Below, piece by piece: positions 16,476-25,714 of a DNA stretch of 39,554 nt. Origin of the DNA: a virus (lineage: Duplodnaviria > Caudoviricetes). The translations under genes and the position numbers were made by a program. The notes under the pieces are model-generated. The model had not been told where the DNA came from, searched no databases, and was given only the letters and a program-made list of their open reading frames with translations. The stretch's first letter is position 1. The number at the start of each line of letters is the position of its first letter. Where the stretch lies: the IMG/VR virus record IMGVR_UViG_3300016672_000078, positions 1 to 39,554 of that record; one strand, 5' to 3'.

Positions 16476-17011
16476 GTCGAGCGGCCCCAACCACCTTGAC
16501 GGCCGAGCGCGCACGCGAGGTGCTGTCTTACTGCCCCGCAACAGGTGAGCTGACTTGGAAGGTGACGCTTTCACGCAGCCGTAGCGCGGGCAAGCCCGCT
16601 GGATGCCGACGACCGGACGGGTACTTGCACATCGGGATTGATGGACAGCTCTACCTAGGCCATCGGCTGGTGTGGCTCATCACAACGGGCGCTTGGCCGA
16701 AGGACGAGATCGACCACATTGACGGCGACCGAAGGAACAACCGCGCGGCGAACCTGCGCGACGTTTCGATGGCGGGCAACGCGCAAAACCGCAATCGGCC
16801 ACAGGGGAAGAACCCGTATCTCGGGGTGTCCTGGGACTGCGAAACCAAGAAGTGGCGGGCGGGCATCAGGCTGAACGGTAGGCGCATGCATCTCGGCCGT
16901 TTCGATGACCCGGCCGAGGCCCATCGGGCGTACCTAGCTGCCAAGGCGAAGTTGCACATCGGAACCGTGGTCGCCGGCACTGCGCCTCTTTTGCAGGGCT
17001 GCACGCTGTGA
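16472..17011 (+). CDS. HNH homing endonuclease with AP2 domain
   Basis: LSYCPATGELTW, HRLVW, IDHIDGDRRNNRAANLR, GVSW..KKWRAGI..HLGRF. Confidence 0.9.
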   Translation: MSRAAPTTLTAERAREVLSYCPATGELTWKVTLSRSRSAGKPAGCRRPDGYLHIGIDGQLYLGHRLVWLITTGAWPKDEIDHIDGDRRNNRAANLRDVSMAGNAQNRNRPQGKNPYLGVSWDCETKKWRAGIRLNGRRMHLGRFDDPAEAHRAYLAAKAKLHIGTVVAGTAPLLQGCTL

Positions 17012-17307
17012 ACAAGGCTGCCAAAGCCATTGAGCTTGCGCCCGTTGCGCCCCCTTGTTTCAGCGCAAGGGACCAATGGCTGGAGTACGTCGCGGCCTGC
17101 GCCACCGACTACCGCGACGGCCACAGGCCCGGCCCCTTGCTGATTGAGGCCGGTCAGCCGGTTCGGTTCAACCCGAACTTTGACCTGTGCGCCGACTGCG
17201 ACGACCGACACGCCGCACAGATGGCCCGCTGGGGCCGCTGCAAGCCGCGATACCTGATCGAACTCTTCGCGCCGCAGCCGGCGCCGAAAGCCAAGGAAAC
17301 CGCATGA
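17008..17307 (+). CDS. Hypothetical Cys-containing protein
   Basis: PPCF..W..Y; CADC..GRC; overlaps both neighbours. Confidence 0.65.
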   Translation: MNKAAKAIELAPVAPPCFSARDQWLEYVAACATDYRDGHRPGPLLIEAGQPVRFNPNFDLCADCDDRHAAQMARWGRCKPRYLIELFAPQPAPKAKETA

Positions 17308-18194
17308 CGATCAAGCACCTCCCCATTGGGGATATCAGCATCGACGGGGGCACACAGGCCCGCGTCGAGATCAACGCCGCCACGGTGGACGAGTACGCCG
17401 AGGCGTTGACCGAGGGCGAGAAGCTGCCTCCGGTCATCGTGTTCTTCGACGGCGCGCAGAACCACCTCGCCGACGGCTTCCACCGCTACCACGGCAACCG
17501 CAAGATCGGCGCGACGACCATCGAGTGCGATATCCGCACTGGCACGCTGCGTGACGCCCGCCTGTTCGCCTATGGCGCCAACCGCGACCACGGCCTGCGC
17601 CGCACGGTGGCCGACAAGCGCCGTGCCGTGGCCGGCATGCTGGCCGACTGCCCGGACTGGAGCGACCGAGCCATCGCCAAGCACGTGGGCGTCTCGCACC
17701 CGTTCGTCGCGGCGATCCGCAGCCCCGAGACGAAGGAGCGGCAGGCGGAGGCGCGCGAGGCATCCGCTGCCAAGGCCGTGGCCAAGGCCAAGGCGCCCGC
17801 GGAGGCCCCCGCGTCGACCGAGGCGCCGGCCCCCAGCGTGGAATCCGATTCCACCCCGAAGCCCGCCGAGGCGCCGGCTGCCGGTGACGCAGCGCAGCCC
17901 CAGGTGGAATCCGATTCCACCCCGCCCGTCGATCCGCTGGCCTACCGCGTGGCCGAGTTGGAGCAGATCGCGGCTGAACTGCTGGCCGACAACAAGGCCA
18001 TGTCGGAGGTGTTCGACGCCGACGAGAAGGCCGCTGCCCTGCTGGTGGAGAACAAGAAGCTGCGCTTCGAGATTTCCGGGCTCCGCGAGCGCGTGGGCGG
18101 CTTGATGGCGGAGAAGAACGAAGCCATCCGCCTCATGAAGTCGTGGCGCAAGAAGGCCGAGAAGTTCGAGGCCGCAGCGAAGGCAGGCACCTGA
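17304..18194 (+). CDS. ParB-like N-terminal domain + HTH + coiled-coil protein
   Basis: TQARVEIN..VDEYAE..LPPVIVF..LADGFHR, AN..HGL; HTH WSDRAIAKHVGVSHPFVAAIR; AAGGA RBS. Confidence 0.85.
   Translation: MTIKHLPIGDISIDGGTQARVEINAATVDEYAEALTEGEKLPPVIVFFDGAQNHLADGFHRYHGNRKIGATTIECDIRTGTLRDARLFAYGANRDHGLRRTVADKRRAVAGMLADCPDWSDRAIAKHVGVSHPFVAAIRSPETKERQAEAREASAAKAVAKAKAPAEAPASTEAPAPSVESDSTPKPAEAPAAGDAAQPQVESDSTPPVDPLAYRVAELEQIAAELLADNKAMSEVFDADEKAAALLVENKKLRFEISGLRERVGGLMAEKNEAIRLMKSWRKKAEKFEAAAKAGT
17838..17854. repeat. 17-bp palindrome GTGGAATCCGATTCCAC, copy 1 (inside the ParB-like gene)
   Basis: Perfect 8-1-8 inverted repeat. Confidence 0.95.
17904..17920. repeat. 17-bp palindrome GTGGAATCCGATTCCAC, copy 2 (inside the ParB-like gene)
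   Basis: Identical to copy 1. Confidence 0.95.
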
Positions 18195-20773
18195 TGAACG
18201 CCGATCTGTTCGAGCGCGACACGCCGAACTATTCGGCGGCCACCTTCCCCCCGCCGCGTCCGTTTCAGGACGTGGCACATCAGCGGCTGCGCGACGGCGC
18301 GCGGGCAGGGCATCGCTGCCAGATGCTCATGAGTCCCACCGGCTCGGGGAAGTGCCTGGGCCGTGACACGCCGGTCCTCATGGCGGACGGCACGGTCAAG
18401 ATGGTGCAGGACGTGAAGGTCGGCGACCGACTACTTGGCCCCGATGGCGGTGTGCGCAACGTGTTGAGCGTCGCCTCAGGCCGCGAGCCGCTTTACCGGG
18501 TCACGCCCAGGAAGGGCAATGCCTACGTGGTGAACGCCAGCCACATCCTGAGCCTGCGCAAGACGCCGGGGAGTGACGGGCTGCGCCTGGCTGATGGTTC
18601 ACTGGTTCCGGCCGACGCGGACGTGGTGAACGTCAACGTCGAGACGCTGCTGCGGAGCAACGCGACAGCACGCCACTGCCTGAAAGGCTGGAGGGCGCCG
18701 GCCATTGCAACCTTCCCGGATGCGTGCGGAGAACGCCACTTCCCCCCGTACCTGCTGGGGGCGTGGCTTGGCGACGGCTCCACAGACCGTGCCTCTATCA
18801 CGAAGCCCTTCGGCCCGATGGTGGAAGAGTGGATCGCCTTCGGGAAGCGCTTCGGCTACGAGGTGCGAAAGGTTGACAGTGATGGGTCGCGCTGCCCCAC
18901 GTGGCTCATCACGAAGGGCCATGGCGGAATCGGTTGGAATTGCGTTCAGCAGCTTCTGCGGGAGGCCGGCGTTGCGCGCAACAGGCACATCCCTGCTGAG
19001 TACAAGACAGCGCCGCTGGCCGACCGGCTGGAGTTGATTGCGGGCCTGATTGATTCAGACGGTAGCCTTAGCAGCAAGGGTTTCGACTGGATTAGCAAGT
19101 ACGAGCAGCTTGCCGAAGACATGGCCTTCGTGTGCCGCTCCGTGGGGCTAGCCGCCTACGTGCAGAGGTGCACCAAGGGCGTGAAGGCGACCGGCTTCAC
19201 TGGCACCTACTGGCGCGTCTCGATCAGCGGCGACACCGAGCGAGTGCCCTGTCGTGCAAAACGCGCAGAGCCTCGCCAGCAGAAAAAGCGCCACTTGGTT
19301 CATGGCATCAGCATCGAGCCGATTGGTGTTGGCGACTACTTCGGCTTCGAGATCGACGGCGACCACCTATTCCTGCTGGGCGACTTCACCGTCACGCACA
19401 ACACCTACCTCGGCCTGCGCATCGCGCATGAAGCCCTGGTGCGCGGCAAGCGGGCTCTGTTCATCGCCGACCGTCGCACGCTGATCGACCAAACGAGCCA
19501 AACGGCCGACGGCTACGGCCTGGCAGCCCACGGCGTGCTGATGGCGAGCCACTGGCGCTACGACCCGAGCATGCCGTTCCAGATCGCCAGTGCGCAGACC
19601 CTGGCACGGCGCGAATGGCCCAAGGCCGATGTGCTCATCATCGACGAGGCCCACACGCAATTGGCCGTGTGGACCGAGTACATCAAGACGTGCGAGGCCC
19701 GCGTCATCGGCCTGAGCGCGACGCCCTTCAGCCCCGGCCTGGGCAAGCTGTTCACCAACCTCGTGAACGCGGCCACGATGAACGAGCTGACTGAATCCGG
19801 CGTGCTCGTGCCCATGCGGGTCAAGTCGTGCGTGGCGGCCAACATGGACGGCGCCGCCACGTCCGGCGGCGAGTGGACGCCCGAGGCGGCCGGCGAACGC
19901 GGCATGGAGATCGTGGGCGACGTGGTGGCCGAGTGGCTGGCCCATGGCGAGAACCGCAAGACGATCGTTTTCGGCTCCACCATCGCGCACTGCGCCGAGC
20001 TGTGCAAGAGCTTCAACGAGGCCGGCGTCATGGCCCAGCTCTTCACGTCGGAGACGAGCGAGGAAGAGCGCAAGAACATCGTGTCGGAGTTCCGCAAGCC
20101 CGACACCATGCTGCGGGTGCTGATCTCCGTCGAGGCGCTGGCGAAGGGCTTTGACGTGCCGGACGTGAGCTGCGTCGTGGACTGCCGCCCGCTGCGCAAG
20201 AGCCTGAGCACTGCCATCCAGATGTGGGGCCGCGGCCTGCGTTCGAGCCCGAACACCGGCAAGACCGACTGCCTGCTGCTGGATCACAGCGGCAACATCA
20301 TCCGCTTCGCTGACGACTATGCCGATGTGTTCTTCAACGGCCTGTCAGCGCTGGATGCCGGCGAGAAGCTGGACAAGGCCATCCGTAAGGACGACAAGGA
20401 CAAGGAGCCCAAGGGGTGCCCGGCGTGTGGGTACAAGCCCATGGGCAAGCGCTGCGTGGCCTGCGGCTTCGAGATCCAGCAGGCCGCCGCCATCGAGGCC
20501 ATCCCCGGCCACATGCGTGAGGTGGTCATCGGCAAGCAGAAGCTGGCCGACAACCACGCCCACCTGTACGCCCAGGTCTGCACCTACGTGCGCGGCTGCG
20601 GCAACCCGGAGACGGCCAAGGGCCGTGCGGCCCACCTGTTCAAGCACATCGTCGGGCACTTCCCGAACAACCTGAGCTACGAGCGCACGCACAACGTGCA
20701 GATCACCAAGCCCGTGCTCAACAAGATCCGCGAGAAGCAGATCGCCTACCGAGCGATGGCGGGGGCTGCATGA
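18194..20773 (+). CDS. SF2 (DEAH, RadD/UvsW-like) helicase with C-terminal Zn finger, intein-interrupted
   Basis: PTGSGK[intein]T, DEAH, LSATP, GFDVP, QMWGRGLR, CPAC..CVAC; TGATG-coupled to the ParB-like gene. Confidence 0.93.
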   Translation: MNADLFERDTPNYSAATFPPPRPFQDVAHQRLRDGARAGHRCQMLMSPTGSGKCLGRDTPVLMADGTVKMVQDVKVGDRLLGPDGGVRNVLSVASGREPLYRVTPRKGNAYVVNASHILSLRKTPGSDGLRLADGSLVPADADVVNVNVETLLRSNATARHCLKGWRAPAIATFPDACGERHFPPYLLGAWLGDGSTDRASITKPFGPMVEEWIAFGKRFGYEVRKVDSDGSRCPTWLITKGHGGIGWNCVQQLLREAGVARNRHIPAEYKTAPLADRLELIAGLIDSDGSLSSKGFDWISKYEQLAEDMAFVCRSVGLAAYVQRCTKGVKATGFTGTYWRVSISGDTERVPCRAKRAEPRQQKKRHLVHGISIEPIGVGDYFGFEIDGDHLFLLGDFTVTHNTYLGLRIAHEALVRGKRALFIADRRTLIDQTSQTADGYGLAAHGVLMASHWRYDPSMPFQIASAQTLARREWPKADVLIIDEAHTQLAVWTEYIKTCEARVIGLSATPFSPGLGKLFTNLVNAATMNELTESGVLVPMRVKSCVAANMDGAATSGGEWTPEAAGERGMEIVGDVVAEWLAHGENRKTIVFGSTIAHCAELCKSFNEAGVMAQLFTSETSEEERKNIVSEFRKPDTMLRVLISVEALAKGFDVPDVSCVVDCRPLRKSLSTAIQMWGRGLRSSPNTGKTDCLLLDHSGNIIRFADDYADVFFNGLSALDAGEKLDKAIRKDDKDKEPKGCPACGYKPMGKRCVACGFEIQQAAAIEAIPGHMREVVIGKQKLADNHAHLYAQVCTYVRGCGNPETAKGRAAHLFKHIVGHFPNNLSYERTHNVQITKPVLNKIREKQIAYRAMAGAA
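18353..19402 (+). mobile_element. Intein (350 aa) with LAGLIDADG endonuclease, inserted in the Walker A motif
   Basis: Starts CLGRDTPVLMADG, ends VTHN followed by Thr; block B H (NASHIL); LLGAWLGDGS and IAGLIDSDGS. Confidence 0.96.
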
Positions 20774-20985
20774 GCGAGCGCGACGACACCCGCGGTGGGC
20801 GGTACGAGCCGATGGTTGCCACCGCGACCCGCGGCGAAGGCATGGCCCTGGTAGGCCGCTGCGACGAGTGCCGTGTCCCCGCTGCTGCCCGCAGCCGCAC
20901 CAAGGTGCTGCGCGGCCCGTTGCGCGGCCTGCGCGGCATGGTCTGCAAGAGCTGCATGGCAGCGCGCACGGCGGTGCCCGCATGA
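20770..20985 (+). CDS. Small Zn-ribbon hypothetical protein
   Basis: CDEC..CKSC; ATGA coupling. Confidence 0.6.
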   Translation: MSERDDTRGGRYEPMVATATRGEGMALVGRCDECRVPAAARSRTKVLRGPLRGLRGMVCKSCMAARTAVPA

Positions 20986-21182
20986 GCCGCGAACACCTGA
21001 TCGGCTTCCGTGTGGTCACCGACTACGCCAGCGACGACTTCGAGCTGCAACAGGCCGCGGTGGAGTGCGCTCGCCGGCTGCGCGCCGCTGGCATCCAGTG
21101 CTCCGCCTTCAAGGTCGTGCAGCGCGACGGCAAGGAAGTCCTCACCCGGCTGCGTGTGCGCCGGCCTCCCACTCACCACTGA
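20982..21182 (+). CDS. Hypothetical protein
   Basis: MSREHLIGFRVV...; ATGA coupling. Confidence 0.55.
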   Translation: MSREHLIGFRVVTDYASDDFELQQAAVECARRLRAAGIQCSAFKVVQRDGKEVLTRLRVRRPPTHH

Positions 21183-21197
21183 CCGAGAGTCCAACAG

Positions 21198-21764
21198 ATG
21201 GCACGACCCTTCAACCCGCTCGGCAAGCAACTGGCCGCCTACAACGGGCAACGGCACCAAGCCGCAAAGCGCGGCATCGGCTGGGAGTTCACCTTTGAAA
21301 CTTGGTGGGCTCTGTGGCTCGCATCGGGGAAGTGGGAGCGCCGCGGACTTGGCCGTGGCAAGTACTGCATGGCCCGAACCGGGGATGTCGGCCCCTACGC
21401 GCCGACCAATGTCCGCATCTGTCTCAACGCCGAGAACGCGAAAGAGTCCTATCAGACCCGCCCCTACATCGAGCGCGCTGGGCGCATCGGGGGGGCGACT
21501 GGGATCGGTGGCGGGAAGGGCGTCTATTTCCGCACTGATCGCCCTCGCGCCAAGCCGTACACGTCGACCTTTCGCGGGAAGCACCTCGGGAGCTTCGCAA
21601 CCGAGGGCGAGGCGAGCGCTGCATACCGGGCCGCTTCGCTGGCCTATCTTGAGTCCATCGGCCAGGCTGTCGGTGCGCGCACCCGGCCGGAGGTGGAGCG
21701 GGCACGGGATGCCGCAACCGGCGAACAGCGTGCGCTGCTTGACTGGGTGCTGGGGCACGTCTGA
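21198..21764 (+). CDS. Putative endonuclease (divergent HNH-like) with AP2-like domain
   Basis: AAKRGIGWEFTFETWW..YCMAR.GD.GPY..NV....EN; KGVY....KHLGSFATEGEASAAY. Confidence 0.65.
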   Translation: MARPFNPLGKQLAAYNGQRHQAAKRGIGWEFTFETWWALWLASGKWERRGLGRGKYCMARTGDVGPYAPTNVRICLNAENAKESYQTRPYIERAGRIGGATGIGGGKGVYFRTDRPRAKPYTSTFRGKHLGSFATEGEASAAYRAASLAYLESIGQAVGARTRPEVERARDAATGEQRALLDWVLGHV

Positions 21765-22702
21765 TGAGCCAGGCTTTCATCGCCTTCGCACGAGCGCACG
21801 GGGTCGAGATCGACCCCGGCAAGCTGGACGATTCCGGCAAGCTGCGCCGTTGCGGGACTACGGACCACCCGCGCTCGAAGAACGGCGCCTACGTGTGGGA
21901 CGGCCGGGGCGGCTTCGTGTGGGCCTGGGACGGCGAGGGCAGGGCGGTGTCGTTCACCGACCCTCACGCCCGACCCCTGAGCCCGGAAGAGCAGGCCCGG
22001 CGCGACGCCCGCCGCCAGGCTGTGCGCGACGAACAGGCCGTGCTGCACCGCAAGGCCGCCGAGTGGGCCGCGCGCCTGCTGTCGCTCGCCAAGCCCAAGG
22101 AGCACCCCTACCTGTTCCGCAAAGGCTTCAAGAGCACTCAGGGCCTGGTGCTGCCCGAGGGCGAACTGTTCGTCCCGATGCGTGACGTGCGCACCAACGA
22201 GCTGATCGGCGGCCAGGTCATCAAGTGGCTGCCTGACGAGCTGCGCTGGGAGAAGAAGTACCTGTACGGCATGCGCTCGCGCGGGGCGTGTCTGCGCCTT
22301 GGCCCGGCCAAGGCCGCGGAGCAGGTGCTGTGCGAGGGCTACGCGACGGGGCTGTCCATTGAAGCCGCCGTGCGGCAGATGAAGCTCAACGCGAGCGTGC
22401 TGGTGTGCTTCAGCGCGCACAACCTGATCGCCGCGGCCGAGCGCACCACGGGCCGGCGCTACGTGATCGCCGACCATGACCCGATCCAGACGGACCCGGA
22501 GAAGGCCAAGCAGAACCCGGGCGAGCAGGGCAAGCGGGCGGCCATCGCCACCGGCCTGGGCTGGGCGATGCCGGACACGGTGGGGCAGGACGCGAACGAC
22601 CTGCACGTGGCGGAGGGCCTGATGGCCGTTTGCGCCCTGGTGATGAAGGCTCGCAAGGCCGAGCCCACGCCGATGCCCGAGAAGGCCGAGGCGGTGCCGT
22701 AG
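21764..22702 (+). CDS. Toprim-domain DNA primase
   Basis: HPYL.RKG, LFVPM, CEGYATGLSI, FSAHNL, IADHD, DAND. Confidence 0.9.
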   Translation: MSQAFIAFARAHGVEIDPGKLDDSGKLRRCGTTDHPRSKNGAYVWDGRGGFVWAWDGEGRAVSFTDPHARPLSPEEQARRDARRQAVRDEQAVLHRKAAEWAARLLSLAKPKEHPYLFRKGFKSTQGLVLPEGELFVPMRDVRTNELIGGQVIKWLPDELRWEKKYLYGMRSRGACLRLGPAKAAEQVLCEGYATGLSIEAAVRQMKLNASVLVCFSAHNLIAAAERTTGRRYVIADHDPIQTDPEKAKQNPGEQGKRAAIATGLGWAMPDTVGQDANDLHVAEGLMAVCALVMKARKAEPTPMPEKAEAVP

Positions 22703-22900
22703 CGCGCCCTCGATGCCCTGCGCGGACGCTCACACATGCACCAGCGCGCAGGACACGACACCCCTACTGGGAGGAAGACGCGGAAGCAGGGGAACGGAGT
22801 GGCGAAGGTAGCGCTCCAGCGTCGAACGGCTGCCGGGTCATGAACCGTGAGGGGTCATGTGAAGGCCCTCCAAGGATGGCTGGGTCTGCCCGCTCAGGGT
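22703..22900 (+). ncRNA. Candidate structured non-coding element downstream of primase
   Basis: ~250-bp gap in a tightly packed operon; stems CCTGCGCG/CGCGCAGG, CCCCT/AGGGG, GGAGTG/CGCTCC, GAGGG/CCCTC. Confidence 0.35.
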
Positions 22901-22951
22901 CAAAACAAGAGGCTTGAACAGGTCGGTGTTTTTCAGAGAAGGAATCGAGAG

Positions 22952-23221
22952 ATGAACGTAGACATGAGGAAGACCAGCGCCGAGCTGGACGAAGAGGCGA
23001 ACGCAGCGACGGCGATGCTGTCGGGCGTGGTGCGGCAGCTCATGGACGATGGCGTGGAAGCCGCGTCGCTGGTGTCGGCGCTGGCCGCCGCCCTGGGCGT
23101 CATGATGGCCGCGGCCCCGCGCCACATGGCCGAGAAGCTGGACGCCTCGATCCTGGCGCAGATCCGCGAGCAGCGGGCCGCCACCTGGGCCGAGATTGAC
23201 GCAGCCGCGACGGTGCAGTGA
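22952..23221 (+). CDS. Hypothetical protein
   Basis: AAGGA RBS; helical 89 aa; TGATG coupling downstream. Confidence 0.6.
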   Translation: MNVDMRKTSAELDEEANAATAMLSGVVRQLMDDGVEAASLVSALAAALGVMMAAAPRHMAEKLDASILAQIREQRAATWAEIDAAATVQ

Positions 23222-23691
23222 TGGAAGTCCTGTGCCGCCGAGTGCCGGGGGGATTCGCCCCGGAGAGCGACGAGGAAGCCGCCAAGCTCGCAAAGCTGAA
23301 GGTCGGCGCCTCGATCCGCGTGTCCGTGAGCCAGGAGACGAACGCCAAGTTCCGCCGGAAGTGGTGGGCGCTGGCGCAGTTCGCCTTCGAGCTGTGGCGC
23401 GACACCGTGCCCGAGATGCAGTACCGCGGGCAGGAGGTGCAGCCGAACTTCGAGCGTTTCCGCAAGGACTTGACCATCCTGGCCGGGCGCTTCCACCCCG
23501 TCTGGACCGTCAAGGGAGAGATGCGCGTCGAGGCGGACAGCCTGAGCTGGGCGCGCATGAACGACGAGCAGTTCGAGGCGTTCTACAGCGCCACGATCAA
23601 CGCCGTCCTTTCCAAGATCCTCAACCACACCAAGCTCACCGAGGCGGATCTGCGCGCCCACGTTGAGCGCGTACTGAGCTTTGACCGATGA
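23221..23691 (+). CDS. DUF1367 family protein
   Basis: N.KF.RK..AL..FAFE.W, FERFRKDLTILAG, SLSWARM...FE.FY. Confidence 0.82.
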   Translation: MEVLCRRVPGGFAPESDEEAAKLAKLKVGASIRVSVSQETNAKFRRKWWALAQFAFELWRDTVPEMQYRGQEVQPNFERFRKDLTILAGRFHPVWTVKGEMRVEADSLSWARMNDEQFEAFYSATINAVLSKILNHTKLTEADLRAHVERVLSFDR

Positions 23692-24122
23692 GCGACAACA
23701 GCAGCGTCCACCGCGACGCATTCAACATGCTGATTCGTGAGCGGATTGGCAGCGGCATGAGCCGCGAGGTCTACAGCAGCCGCGTTCTACCGGACTGCGT
23801 TGTGAAGGTGGAAGACCGCATAGGCCACTTCCAAAACGTGATCGAGTGGGAGACGTGGGAGCGCGTCAAGGACACCCCGCTCGCACGCTGGTTCGCGCCG
23901 TGCCGCTGGATCAGCAATTGTGGCCTCGTGCTGGTCATGGCCAAGACACAGCCGGCGCTCAAGTTCCCCGACCGGATGCCCGCCTTCTTGTGCGACTTCA
24001 AGCGCACCAACTACGGCATGCACGACGGTCGCCTGGTCTGCCACGACTACGGAACGCACCTGATGTTCGAGCACGGCATGACCAAGCGCATGGTGAAAGC
24101 CGACTGGTGGGACTTGGAATGA
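23688..24122 (+). CDS. Minimal protein-kinase-like protein (144 aa)
   Basis: IGSGMSREVY, VVK, QNVIEWE, DFKRTN, DYG. Confidence 0.72.
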   Translation: MSDNSSVHRDAFNMLIRERIGSGMSREVYSSRVLPDCVVKVEDRIGHFQNVIEWETWERVKDTPLARWFAPCRWISNCGLVLVMAKTQPALKFPDRMPAFLCDFKRTNYGMHDGRLVCHDYGTHLMFEHGMTKRMVKADWWDLE

Positions 24123-24583
24123 AGCGCAGCGGGTTCAAGTCCAAGCTGCTGCCCAGGCGCCAGGCCAAGCAGATCGAGGGCTACACGCCCAGGCCGCGCC
24201 CGGTGGCTGTGGCCGTCGCTGGCCCGGCCGCCTCCGTCGTGCATGTGCCGAAAACTCGGCCGATCCAGCACCAGGGCTACATGGACGCCGTGCGCAAGCT
24301 GCCGTGCATCCGCTGCGGCATCACCGGGTTCACCCAGTTCTGCCACGCCGACGAGGGCAAGGGCATGGGCCTGAAGACCGATTGCCGCCTCGGTTGGCCT
24401 GGCTGCGGGCCGCACTGGGGTCTGCCGGGCTGCCACTGGTATGTCGGCACCAGCGGCGCGATGGGCCGCGATGAACGGCGGGCGTTCGAGCGCCTGGCCG
24501 GCAATGCCACTCGCGCGGCCATTCGGTTCGTCGGCCTGTGGCCCGCCACCCTGCCACCCTGGCCGGAAGACGCCAGTGGCTAA
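24119..24583 (+). CDS. Zn-binding HNH-like nin-region protein (DUF968/DUF1364-like)
   Basis: VRKLPCIRCG..QFCH..GKGMGLKTD..C..GCH. Confidence 0.7.
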   Translation: MKRSGFKSKLLPRRQAKQIEGYTPRPRPVAVAVAGPAASVVHVPKTRPIQHQGYMDAVRKLPCIRCGITGFTQFCHADEGKGMGLKTDCRLGWPGCGPHWGLPGCHWYVGTSGAMGRDERRAFERLAGNATRAAIRFVGLWPATLPPWPEDASG

Positions 24584-24773
24584 ACACGTCGATCAACTGT
24601 CCGAGCTGATCGCCTTCGAGGAAAAGATGATGACCGAACTGCCCCTGGCAATCTGCCGAGAGCACATCGAGCGCGTGAAGTTCTTCTACATCGAGCGCCA
24701 CGGCCTCGAAGCCGCGAAGCGCATCCACCGCGCCATGGCCGCCAAGCTGCAATCCAGGCGCGCACCCCGCTGA
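24576..24773 (+). CDS. Hypothetical protein
   Basis: GTG start overlapping the upstream gene; good codon usage. Confidence 0.55.
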   Translation: MAKHVDQLSELIAFEEKMMTELPLAICREHIERVKFFYIERHGLEAAKRIHRAMAAKLQSRRAPR

Positions 24774-24791
24774 CCCCACGTAGAGCTCTAC

Positions 24792-25379
24792 ATGAACAAG
24801 CCCCTGACGATCCCCCTGCGCACGAGCCGCGGCCAGAACGCCCGCGAGCACCACCATGCCCGGGCCAAGCGCGTGAAAGCCGAGCGCAGCGCCGTCGCGT
24901 GGTCGCTGCTGGGCAAGCCCCGGCCCGCGCTGCCCTGCGTCGTCCACATGACGCGCATCGCCCCATCGAACGGCCTAGACGACGACAACCTGACGGGCGC
25001 GCTCAAGGCGGTGCGCGATGAGATCGCCGAGTGGCTGGGCGTTGACGACAAGGACACCGCCCGCGTCAAGTACGTGTGCCACCAGGAGCGCGGCCCATGG
25101 GGCGTGCGCATCGCGTTCGCCAGAGAGGACGAGTTTCTGCAAACCGTCAAAGGACTCCGCCCGCTCGGCCCGAACGACCCGTTGCCCGAGCTACGCATGC
25201 TGACGGCGCGGCGCAACGACGGCAGCCGAGTCCGCATCGTGTGCAGCGGCTGCGGGACGGATGGCTTCGAGAAGCAGGGCGACCTGTACCACTGCTGGAA
25301 CTGCGACGGCAAGGGCGACACCCTCAAGGCCAACGGCGACGGCTGGCTGCTGGTGAAGCGAGCTGGGGTGCCGGCGTGA
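24792..25379 (+). CDS. RusA-like Holliday junction resolvase with C-terminal Zn ribbon
   Basis: LDDDNLTGALKAVRDEIAEWLGVDD; CSGC..CWNC extension. Confidence 0.72.
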   Translation: MNKPLTIPLRTSRGQNAREHHHARAKRVKAERSAVAWSLLGKPRPALPCVVHMTRIAPSNGLDDDNLTGALKAVRDEIAEWLGVDDKDTARVKYVCHQERGPWGVRIAFAREDEFLQTVKGLRPLGPNDPLPELRMLTARRNDGSRVRIVCSGCGTDGFEKQGDLYHCWNCDGKGDTLKANGDGWLLVKRAGVPA

Positions 25380-25714
25380 GCGGCGAGCGAGAGGGCCGGG
25401 GGGAGTTCGACCCTGTGCCCGTGCATAGGAACCCTGACGGCAGCTTCTTCGTCGTGCTGCATGCCGGCCTGGATCTCGCAGCGCTGGACGCCGAGGCGGA
25501 GAAGATCGCGGCGGAGTTGAACGCCCGTGGCATGGCCATCATGAAGATGCAGGCCGGCGAGATTGACGGCGTGCGCATCCGTGCGGTGCCGTTCGACGAG
25601 TTCATGCAGCCGGACCCGCCTCCTGCCTGGCCGCCGCTCGCCACCGAGCCCCAGCGCCAGCGCAGAGCGCAGTGGAAGCTGGAGAAGGACCGCTACCGGC
25701 GGCGAGGCGGTTGA
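25376..25714 (+). CDS. Hypothetical protein
   Basis: GTGA coupling; ends RAQWKLEKDRYRRR. Confidence 0.55.
   Translation: MSGEREGRGEFDPVPVHRNPDGSFFVVLHAGLDLAALDAEAEKIAAELNARGMAIMKMQAGEIDGVRIRAVPFDEFMQPDPPPAWPPLATEPQRQRRAQWKLEKDRYRRRGG

Noticed and set aside
17838-17920. Two palindromes 66 bp apart as a mini CRISPR array
   Set aside because: Only two 17-bp units, in frame inside a gene, no cas genes; other copies are dispersed
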